Assembly: GCA_026389415.1 (NCBI GenBank)
Contig: JAPLHX010000190.1
Span: forward strand, 1 to 38,673
Source of the DNA: Coprothermobacterota bacterium
GTDB lineage: Bacteria > Caldisericota > JANLFM01
Direction: 5' to 3'
Length of the DNA: 38,673 nucleotides
Under the pieces are notes generated by a model. It ran no database searches. It saw only the letters and a program-made list of their open reading frames with translations, and had not been told where the DNA came from. Every line of letters begins with the position of its first letter. Position 1 is the stretch's first letter. Both the position numbers and the translations under genes were made by a program. This document shows, piece after piece, positions 17,431-24,698 of this stretch.

Positions 17431-18600
17431 TTATGGCTCCTCGGTCGATTCCAACAACTGACACAGTTTCTCTAAAAAGCGCGCGGCGGTGATTCCATCA
17501 ATCGCACGATGATCGTAAGTAAGCGAAAGCCAAACTTGGGGAAGAATCTGGAGGCTGTTATCAGCCGCGACTTGAACGCCCTTATGCAATCGTCCCACGC
17601 CCAAAATGGCAACTTCAGGAAAATGGAGTATGGGAGTGAAAGCATCGGTTCGAGAAATCCCAACGTTACTAATAGTAAAGGTGGAGCCCTGAAGTTGTTC
17701 TCGCGTCAGCGTGCGATTTCGGGCTGCATTTGCCAGGAAGGCCATTTCTTCAGATATCTCTGTTAAATTTTTCCCATCAGCTTTGCGAATCACGGGGACA
17801 ACCAAACCCGTTTCTGTGTCCATAGCAATACCGATGTTGATGTGAGGGAAGCGCTGCAAAGTCTTGCCATCAAAATGAGCGTTCAAACGCGGGAATTCCA
17901 GCAAAGTCCGGGATGCCATTTTGACCAAGACTGCCGTCAACGATACTTGTCGTTGCTCCTTCCAGCGTAATGCATTTGGGCAAGCGCTGAGGGTCATTTG
18001 CGTCACAAATACGGCGCTGTGAAAACCCTTGCTCAATTCTCGAGCAATGATCTGGCGGGTGGGTGAAAGCGTCTCATATTGTACTTCATCGCTGTCAGAA
18101 GCTCGAGCGGGCTGAGTCTGTGAACGATAGTACTCGATGTCCTTTTCGGTAATTCGTCCGCCCGGTCCGGTGCCAGTCACTTCCGCCAAATTGATTCCAA
18201 GCTCCCTGGCTAAATGCTTGGCCGCAGGTGAAGCCTTGATATCACTTATGGGAATCCCGTTGTTGCCTGCGCCCCGCTTTGGTTGATCAAGTATGCTAAC
18301 AGTAGTAGAACGCGTGATGGTCGAGAGCGTTTCATCTTGGGGAAGATCGGCCGCCAGTTCTTCCGCATTCTCTGCAATTAGAGCGATGACAGTCCCCACA
18401 GGATATTCCTCATTTTTAATCGCAAAGATTCTTTTGATGAATCCATCAATGGGGGCTTCGATGTCGTTGGTGATTTTTTCTGACTCCACTTCCAAGAGCA
18501 GCTCCCCTTTTGCGATCTGTTCGCCTTCACTTTTGTACCAGTGACCAACGAAACCGGATTGCATGGTCATACCAAATTTTGGCATTCGGAGCTTATACAT
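17431..18600 (-). CDS. acoC: dihydrolipoamide acyltransferase (E2) with lipoyl, subunit-binding and catalytic domains
   Basis: 389 aa. It has a lipoyl domain (LLEVESEKITNDIEAP), a peripheral-subunit-binding domain (ASPAAKHLARELGINLAEVTGTGPGGRITEKDI) and the catalytic motif LSLTYDHRAIDG. Confidence 0.8.
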   Translation of the reverse strand: MYKLRMPKFGMTMQSGFVGHWYKSEGEQIAKGELLLEVESEKITNDIEAPIDGFIKRIFAIKNEEYPVGTVIALIAENAEELAADLPQDETLSTITRSTTVSILDQPKRGAGNNGIPISDIKASPAAKHLARELGINLAEVTGTGPGGRITEKDIEYYRSQTQPARASDSDEVQYETLSPTRQIIARELSKGFHSAVFVTQMTLSACPNALRWKEQRQVSLTAVLVKMASRTLLEFPRLNAHFDGKTLQRFPHINIGIAMDTETGLVVPVIRKADGKNLTEISEEMAFLANAARNRTLTREQLQGSTFTISNVGISRTDAFTPILHFPEVAILGVGRLHKGVQVAADNSLQILPQVWLSLTYDHRAIDGITAARFLEKLCQLLESTEEP

Positions 18601-18606
18601 TCTTCC

Positions 18607-19650
18607 CTAGCTGCCTTTCGCCCCTTGTTCGATTAACCGGCCGTCTGTGCTCGTCTGCTTAAGAATGCGCAGTCTCTCTCGATAGAGGATGTTGGCGCGC
18701 AAACTCGTTTTCACTGAGTCGAGGATAATCGCAAATAGGATGAGACTGCCTTTGATCACATTCACCAGATAAACGTTGACGGCAAGAAGGGTTAACGAGT
18801 TATCGAAAAGGCTAAGTAGCAATGTACCGCCGAGCATACCAAAGACTGTACCTCTGCCACCGGTGAGACTCACTCCACCCAGAATTGGCCCGGCAATCGC
18901 CATCAGGTTCAATCCAGTCCCCATTCCATTGGTGATCGATCCCTGGCGGCCTGCAGCCAACAAACCCGCCAAGGCTGCTAGAAATCCAGCGATCGAGAAG
19001 GCGATCACTACGATCCGGTTCACTCGAACGCCCGCAATATAACTCGCTCGGGGGTTGCCCCCCGTTGCCACTGCAAATCGGCCAAAGCGAGTTTGCGCCA
19101 TGATGAAAGCAAATACGATATAAGCGCCTATCAGAATCAGGACAGCTACAGGGATACTGCCGAAGATACGAGCGCTTCCGGCGTAGGTGAATGCAGGACT
19201 GAGGTTTACCAAGGCAAACGGCAACAGAAAATATACTAATCCGCGAAGAACAATATTGGCTGAGAGCGTTTCGAGGAAAGCATTCATGCGTAGGCGTGTA
19301 ATAAGAAGCCCATTAAGGAATCCAACTAGAACACCAATCAGCAATGCGATAAGAATCTGTGCAACGGCACCAATCCCAGGAAACAACATTCGGCAAAGGA
19401 GAACCGAGATGCCCGGGGCAAATGCCAGTGTGGCCTCCAAGGATAAATCTAGATGACCAACAATCAGGACGATCCCTTCCGCGAGAACCAGAAGGCCGAG
19501 CGTAGAAACGTGATAGAAAATGTTAACGATGTTTTGGAAAGTGAAGAAATTGGGAACAATGAATGCATTTACGACAAAGAGTAGTAGGAACAGTACCCAG
19601 ATTAAATTGTCAAGGAGTAATAATTGCAGCTTAGTGCGAGTATTGGTCAC
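18607..19650 (-). CDS. CUT2-type (RbsC/AraH-like) carbohydrate ABC transporter permease
   Basis: 347 aa and highly hydrophobic, with about 9-10 predicted TM segments and typical blocks such as TGGNPRASYIAGVRV. GTG start lies 3 nt after the ATPase stop. Confidence 0.8.
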   Translation of the reverse strand: MTNTRTKLQLLLLDNLIWVLFLLLFVVNAFIVPNFFTFQNIVNIFYHVSTLGLLVLAEGIVLIVGHLDLSLEATLAFAPGISVLLCRMLFPGIGAVAQILIALLIGVLVGFLNGLLITRLRMNAFLETLSANIVLRGLVYFLLPFALVNLSPAFTYAGSARIFGSIPVAVLILIGAYIVFAFIMAQTRFGRFAVATGGNPRASYIAGVRVNRIVVIAFSIAGFLAALAGLLAAGRQGSITNGMGTGLNLMAIAGPILGGVSLTGGRGTVFGMLGGTLLLSLFDNSLTLLAVNVYLVNVIKGSLILFAIILDSVKTSLRANILYRERLRILKQTSTDGRLIEQGAKGS

Positions 19651-19653
19651 GGA

Positions 19654-21207
19654 TCAACCCTTTCCCACAGTCTGGTCTATGACATTGGAGACCAAACCTT
19701 GTACAGAGCGGTAGATTTCGAGTTCATTGAACTCAGATCGCTGGAAATTACGAATTGCTTTTCCTTCAAACAGCACAATGATTCGATCGCAAACGATGAG
19801 AAGGTCGTCAATCCCCGGCGAAGTGATGACCACGCCGGCATTTAAGGCCAGCTTCTCTTTGATGGATTTTAGGATGCTTTCCTTGGCTGCGATGTCTATC
19901 CCCTTGGTTGGTTCATCGAGCAGGAAAACTTTTGCTTGAGTGGAGGCTACCCTACCACAGAGGACCTTTTGTCGGTTGCCACCACTGAGATTTTGCACTT
20001 CCTCTTCGGTGGAGCTGGTTAGGATCCCGAAGTCTCGTATTAGATTTTGCACCAGAGTTCGCTCTCGAGTATTTTGCATTAGGAAGTGCCGGGCAATGCT
20101 TACAAGAAAAGACAGTGAGAGATTCTTGCGCACGCTTAGGACATTGATTACGCCTTCATCATCCCGATCTTCTGTTAAGTAGACAATCCCTTCGTCCAAA
20201 GCGTCCCAGCTCTTTGAAAAACGCTTTTTTTCTTTTCCCTCGATTTGAATGAACCCTTTCTGTGTAACATCAATACCCGCAATAGCCTTGAGGATTTCGG
20301 TTCGACCGCTTCCAACCAGCCCGGCCAAACCTAGGATTTCCCCTCGGTGCACCTCAAAATGAATATCCTCAAACGATCCTTCCCGGGTGAACTCTTCCAC
20401 GTTTAAAACGGGGATCTGGTCAAAAAAAGGGCTTTGAGCCGCTTCTTGAGTGGTTTGTGCTGGTGTGCAGTAGGATTCCCCGACTATCATTGAGCAAAGT
20501 TGATCCTTGTCGGCAGAGGACCGCTCAACAGTTTCTACTACTTTAGCATCACGAATTACTGTAACCTGGTCACAAATTTCTAGGATCTCATCCATTCGGT
20601 GGGAAATGAAGATGATAGATTTGCCCAGCGACTTCTGCTCCCTTACGAGTTGATAGAAGTAATCCTGTTCCCGCTGAGAAAAAGAGGTTGTGACCTCGTC
20701 CAGAATGACGATATCGGTATTTTCCAGGAAAAATGCTTTCAGTGCAAGGAAGATTTGCTGCTCACTTAGGGTAAGATCCCGCATCTTACGGCCTATATCA
20801 ATGTGAAAACCCGCTTGATTGAAAATTCGCTGCGTATGATCTTGCATTTGCTTCCATTTGAGAAAACCTAGGCGATTTTGTTCAAAAGCCGGGAGAAACA
20901 AATTTTGAACGAGGCTGAAATCGGGAATCGTCTCTGGTTTTTGTGTGCAGATCGCAATGCCTGCTTGTTTCGCACGCAAGGGCGTCAGGTGGCTATATTC
21001 TTTGCCTTTGATGATAATCTGACCGGTTGACGGAGGGATGATACCGGAGAGAATCGTGACCAACGTGCTTTTACCGGCTCCGTTTTTACCAATAATCCCG
21101 TGGACCTTCCCACGTTGAAATTGAATATTGGCATTTTCCAATGCCACAGTACCTGGATAAATCTTGGTCAGAGAGCGAACCTCTAAGATAGTTTCAGCGT
21201 CAGGCAT
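19654..21207 (-). CDS. CUT2-type carbohydrate ABC transporter ATP-binding protein (tandem ATPase domains, RbsA/MglA-like)
   Basis: 517 aa with Walker A GKNGAGKST, signature LSEQQ and Walker B ILDEVT in domain 1. Domain 2 is degenerate (GLVGSGRTE, LSGGNRQK, LLDEPTKGID). GAAGGAAACT SD. Confidence 0.85.
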   Translation of the reverse strand: MPDAETILEVRSLTKIYPGTVALENANIQFQRGKVHGIIGKNGAGKSTLVTILSGIIPPSTGQIIIKGKEYSHLTPLRAKQAGIAICTQKPETIPDFSLVQNLFLPAFEQNRLGFLKWKQMQDHTQRIFNQAGFHIDIGRKMRDLTLSEQQIFLALKAFFLENTDIVILDEVTTSFSQREQDYFYQLVREQKSLGKSIIFISHRMDEILEICDQVTVIRDAKVVETVERSSADKDQLCSMIVGESYCTPAQTTQEAAQSPFFDQIPVLNVEEFTREGSFEDIHFEVHRGEILGLAGLVGSGRTEILKAIAGIDVTQKGFIQIEGKEKKRFSKSWDALDEGIVYLTEDRDDEGVINVLSVRKNLSLSFLVSIARHFLMQNTRERTLVQNLIRDFGILTSSTEEEVQNLSGGNRQKVLCGRVASTQAKVFLLDEPTKGIDIAAKESILKSIKEKLALNAGVVITSPGIDDLLIVCDRIIVLFEGKAIRNFQRSEFNELEIYRSVQGLVSNVIDQTVGKG

Positions 21208-21229
21208 AGTTTCCTTCTATTTATCAGGA

Positions 21230-21275
21230 TGAAAAAAGAAGTGCTTGTTGGCAAATTCCTTCACCAACAAGCACT
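21230..21275 (-). terminator. intrinsic terminator/attenuator hairpin inside the operon, after the SBP and SDR genes
   Basis: Minus-strand reading, starting 11 nt after the SDR stop: AGTGCTTGTTGG-tgaaggaatttg-CCAACAAGCACT-TCTTTTTTC. That is a perfect 12-bp stem (21264-21275 pairs with 21240-21251), a 12-nt loop and a U-rich tail. It lies about 25 nt upstream of the ATPase RBS. Confidence 0.7.
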
Positions 21276-21286
21276 ATTGACAATCT

Positions 21287-22090
21287 TTAGGACATCACCG
21301 TGCCGCCGCACACGTTAATCCCCTGCCCCGTTATGTAGCCTGAATCTTCAGAAGCGAGAAACAGGGCAAGCCTGGCAACATCTTCCGGTTGAGCAAACCG
21401 ACGGAAAGGTACCATGGACTCATATCCCTCCCGGATGACCGTAGGGTCCTTACCTTCTTTGGCTGCCAGCTCCAGCTCAAGATCTCGCTCCATATCCGTA
21501 TCGACAAAACCGGGACAAATCGCATTGACGTTGATCCCATAGGGAGCCATTTCGTATGCTAGGCAACGAGTAAATCCGAGGACTCCATGTTTCGAGGCTG
21601 TGTAAGCTGATGTGGCAGCTTCACCAATTCTGGCCATGATTGAGGCTAAATTAATGATTCGCCCCTTTGTCTGCAAGCGGATCATCTCTCGAATAACAGC
21701 CTTGGCGCAAAGAAAAACTCCTTTGAGGTTGACATCCAGAATGTAGTCCCATTCCTCTTCGGACAGTTCGATAACCCGGTTTCCCTTGCACACACCAGCG
21801 TTATTCACCAGGATATCGATGGTGCCCATTTCTTTGACGGCTCTCTGCACTGCGGCTTCTACATCTGCCCAATGGCGAACGTCCACGCTTTGCATGAATA
21901 TACTGCCGGTAGCACCGACTTGCTGGATTTCTTTGGTAGTCTTCGCCAAAAGCTCTTCATTGACATCCACTAGAAAAAGGTGAGCTCCTGCTTGAGCAAA
22001 TCGGTTGGCAATGGCTTTTCCGATACCTCGAGCAGCGCCCGTGATGAACGCCGTTTTATTAAAAAGTTGAAGAGAGTCAATCGAGCTCAT
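21287..22090 (-). CDS. short-chain dehydrogenase/reductase (classical SDR), between the SBP and ATPase genes of the ABC operon
   Basis: 267 aa with TGAARGIGKA, NNAG and YTASKHG. By eye, roughly half of its positions are identical to the SDR at 13140-13922. Confidence 0.85.
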   Translation of the reverse strand: MSSIDSLQLFNKTAFITGAARGIGKAIANRFAQAGAHLFLVDVNEELLAKTTKEIQQVGATGSIFMQSVDVRHWADVEAAVQRAVKEMGTIDILVNNAGVCKGNRVIELSEEEWDYILDVNLKGVFLCAKAVIREMIRLQTKGRIINLASIMARIGEAATSAYTASKHGVLGFTRCLAYEMAPYGINVNAICPGFVDTDMERDLELELAAKEGKDPTVIREGYESMVPFRRFAQPEDVARLALFLASEDSGYITGQGINVCGGTVMS

Positions 22091-22102
22091 TGCTGGAGCA
22101 CG

Positions 22103-23236
22103 TTATGGGGAGACGGCAACGACATTTTCATACAAACGAGGGTCGGTGGGGGAAACCTCTTGAGGGCAAAATGCTGACAACAGCTTGATGTCCAACCCCT
22201 CGGCGCCCGCGGTGTTATTGACGACTTCTGCCGGTGACCAGATCGCTCCTTCTTCAACAATCGTGTCTCCCTCTTTGGGCGTGGGTTGATTAGTGAGGAT
22301 CTTGTAAAGCAACTCCACAGCCATTTCTCCCTCGGCAAGGCAGGGTTGTTCTGTCATGCAGAAGAATTCATCGTTCTGCAGTAGCACCAGACCTTCGGGG
22401 CCGATGCAAATTCCGGCGGTTACGAATTTCTTGGGGTCCAAACCGGCTTGTTTAATCGCGCTCACAGCACCAGTTCCCATTACGTCCGGTGTCTGCACAA
22501 AGATACCTACAACCTGGTCACCAAAGCGGGTGAGGTAGTCAGCAACACCGCGGAATGTATCATCGTTGTTCCAGTTGCCGTTGCATTGTACGACATTCAG
22601 TTTGTCTTTGTACTGATCGATGATGGAGTGAAAGGCCTTGGTTTCGATTCCGGCCCAAGACTCTGGAATCAGATCACCCAGTACTTCGATGACAACACCG
22701 GTCGGCATTTCCCCACCGTTCCTTTTCTTGATCTCATTTAAGAACAAGTTGGTCAAACGGATGGTTGTATCAGCGATATCGAGGTTAATGTGGTACGCCA
22801 CCTTGCCACCAGTGGGGGAGTTGTCGGTGGCAACTACCGGTATGCCGGCATCATTCAGTTTCTTAATGCCGGGAATGATCGCGACAGGATCCCATGAGCT
22901 ACCGTTGATATATCCATCGATACCCATCGTTATCAGGTTGTCAATATTTGTCAGCTCGCGTTGGGAATCATTGTCAGCCGAGAGAACTGTCAGTTTAATA
23001 CCGAGTTCCTTGGCCTTTTTTTCTGCTCCAATCTGAATGGCTTTTACAAACGGAGCAGTTAAATCGCGTACATTTAGACCAAAGTGGTATTCCTTCGGTG
23101 GTGGCGTAGTTGACGTAGGGGTTGTCTGGGTTGCGGTGGGGGAGGAAGTCTGAGGAGCCGAGCAACTGAAAATGAGAAGAGTACAAACGAGGAAAACTGT
23201 GCCAATGCTAAAACTCCGAGCTAGCTTACAAATCAT
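22103..23236 (-). CDS. periplasmic-binding-protein type I (RbsB-like) sugar/polyol-binding lipoprotein
   Basis: 377 aa. The signal peptide has a lipobox-like LLIFSC followed by a Thr/Pro-rich linker (SSPTATQTTPTSTTPPP). The remainder is a PBP-I fold with blocks such as LTVLSADNDSQRELTNIDNLITMGIDG and AGIPVVATD. AAAGGAGG SD. Confidence 0.8.
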   Translation of the reverse strand: MICKLARSFSIGTVFLVCTLLIFSCSAPQTSSPTATQTTPTSTTPPPKEYHFGLNVRDLTAPFVKAIQIGAEKKAKELGIKLTVLSADNDSQRELTNIDNLITMGIDGYINGSSWDPVAIIPGIKKLNDAGIPVVATDNSPTGGKVAYHINLDIADTTIRLTNLFLNEIKKRNGGEMPTGVVIEVLGDLIPESWAGIETKAFHSIIDQYKDKLNVVQCNGNWNNDDTFRGVADYLTRFGDQVVGIFVQTPDVMGTGAVSAIKQAGLDPKKFVTAGICIGPEGLVLLQNDEFFCMTEQPCLAEGEMAVELLYKILTNQPTPKEGDTIVEEGAIWSPAEVVNNTAGAEGLDIKLLSAFCPQEVSPTDPRLYENVVAVSP

Positions 23237-23266
23237 TTACGAACCTCCTTTGATTGATTGGATAGT

Positions 23267-23306
23267 ATTATGGAAACAACCTCAAGACCTTGTCAATAAT
23301 GTCAAT
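23267..23306 (-). promoter_or_regulatory. sigma-70-like promoter with tandem ATTGACA direct repeat upstream of the SBP gene
   Basis: Minus-strand reading: ATTGACA-TT-ATTGACA (23306-23291), then 18 nt, then CATAAT (23272-23267). This ends about 30 nt before ATG 23236. The proximal TTGACA is a perfect -35 hexamer. Confidence 0.4.
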
Positions 23307-23322
23307 CTGTTTATACTTTAAG

Positions 23323-23811
23323 CTAAATTTTCGGGTGGCTTTCCTTGGCTGCTGGTTTGAGTGTTTTCTGCACCGCACGCACAATCGACGTATACCCGGT
23401 ACAACGGCAAAGATTGCCGCGCAGATACTGACGAATCTCCTCTTCACTGGGGTTGGGATTTTCGTCCAGCAAGGCTTTGGCTGAAACCAACATCCCCGGC
23501 GTACAGAAGCCGCACTGTACCGCGCCCTCTTCCAGGAAAGCTTGCTGCAAAGGGTGAAGGTTCCGATAATCTCCCAGACCCTCTACCGTAGTGATTTCCG
23601 ACCTATCTGCCAAAACGGCTAAAGTCAGGCAGCTCAGTACGGCTTTCCCATTCATGATGATCGTACAGGCGCCACACTCGCCAATGCCACAGCCATATTT
23701 GGCTCCTGTCAGATCCAGGCGTTCACGCAGCACGTTCAGCAGCAAGTCGTTGTCCTCTACTTCAAGTTGGTGTGGTTGTCCATTGACCGTCAGACGAATT
23801 GTTCGGCTCAT
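23323..23811 (-). CDS. molybdenum hydroxylase set 2, [2Fe-2S] small subunit (CoxS/XdhC-FeS type)
   Basis: ORF trimmed to ATG 23811 (MSRTIRLTVNGQPHQLEV), which overlaps the FAD-subunit stop as ATGA. Motifs CGIGECGACT, QCGFCTPG and CRCTGY are present. Confidence 0.85.
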   Translation of the reverse strand: MSRTIRLTVNGQPHQLEVEDNDLLLNVLRERLDLTGAKYGCGIGECGACTIIMNGKAVLSCLTLAVLADRSEITTVEGLGDYRNLHPLQQAFLEEGAVQCGFCTPGMLVSAKALLDENPNPSEEEIRQYLRGNLCRCTGYTSIVRAVQKTLKPAAKESHPKI

Positions 23812-24698
23812 AGAACACCTCCTGCCCGAATCCAGGCTGCCTGCAAGACCTCCTCCAGTATCACCTGACATACCTGGCGACGGTATTTGGCTGTGGAGCG
23901 AATGTCATCAATGGGAACAATGGCCTTCGCTCCCGCCTCTGCAGCCTGTCGAAGCAAGTTAGAGTCAACGACTGCCCCTTCCAGTAATTGCTCTACCTGC
24001 AAGATGCGAACCGGAGTGGGCGCAACCGAACCAACGGCCGCTCGGCAGAGGATGCAAACGGTTCCTCGGCGTTGGAGGTAAGTCGCCGCATTGACCTTGG
24101 CAATGTCACAGGAGACCCGGCCCAACTTCAAGAAAGCAGAACCGGAATCAGGAAGGGGCGCTGGGAGACAGATTTCGGTTAACAATTCACCGGGCGCAAG
24201 ACAAGAAGATCCCGGTCCCAGAAAGAATTGTGTCAAGCGTACCAGGCGTTCCTGACCCGATTTCTGCAGGCGCAATTGGGCATCGAAGGCCAGCAGGGGT
24301 GGGGCCGTGTCAGCCGCAGGAGAGGCATTGCATAGATTCCCCCCGAGGGTAGCCATATTGCGAATGGCCGGCGCCGCCATGGACCGAAGGGCTTCATATA
24401 AGGCAGAGTATTCTCGCTGGATGGCAGGGTAGTGCTCTGCTTCAGATAGGGTTACGGTGGCACCCAAGCGGAGTCCTTGCTCATTGGTTTGGATCTGCTG
24501 TAGTTCCGGCACTCGCTGAAGCCCGATCAGGATTTCTGGTTGAACCATTTGCCGCTTGATTTTTATCAACAAGTCGGTGCCCCCTGCTAGGATGGCGACT
24601 TGATCCCCAGACTGAGAGCAGAGGTTTAGGGCGTCAGTCAAATTGGAGGGCTCTAGGCAGCGGAACCGAAACGGGAGGATTTTGCTGTCCACCGGCAT
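23808..24698 (-). CDS. molybdenum hydroxylase set 2, FAD-binding medium subunit (CoxM/XdhB type)
   Basis: 296 aa with ILAGGTDLL and ATLGGNLCNASPAADTAPPLLA (FAD_binding_5) plus a CO-dehydrogenase flavoprotein C-terminal-like end (DDIRSTAKYRRQV). The start overlaps the upstream stop as TAATG. Confidence 0.85.
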   Translation of the reverse strand: MPVDSKILPFRFRCLEPSNLTDALNLCSQSGDQVAILAGGTDLLIKIKRQMVQPEILIGLQRVPELQQIQTNEQGLRLGATVTLSEAEHYPAIQREYSALYEALRSMAAPAIRNMATLGGNLCNASPAADTAPPLLAFDAQLRLQKSGQERLVRLTQFFLGPGSSCLAPGELLTEICLPAPLPDSGSAFLKLGRVSCDIAKVNAATYLQRRGTVCILCRAAVGSVAPTPVRILQVEQLLEGAVVDSNLLRQAAEAGAKAIVPIDDIRSTAKYRRQVCQVILEEVLQAAWIRAGGVL

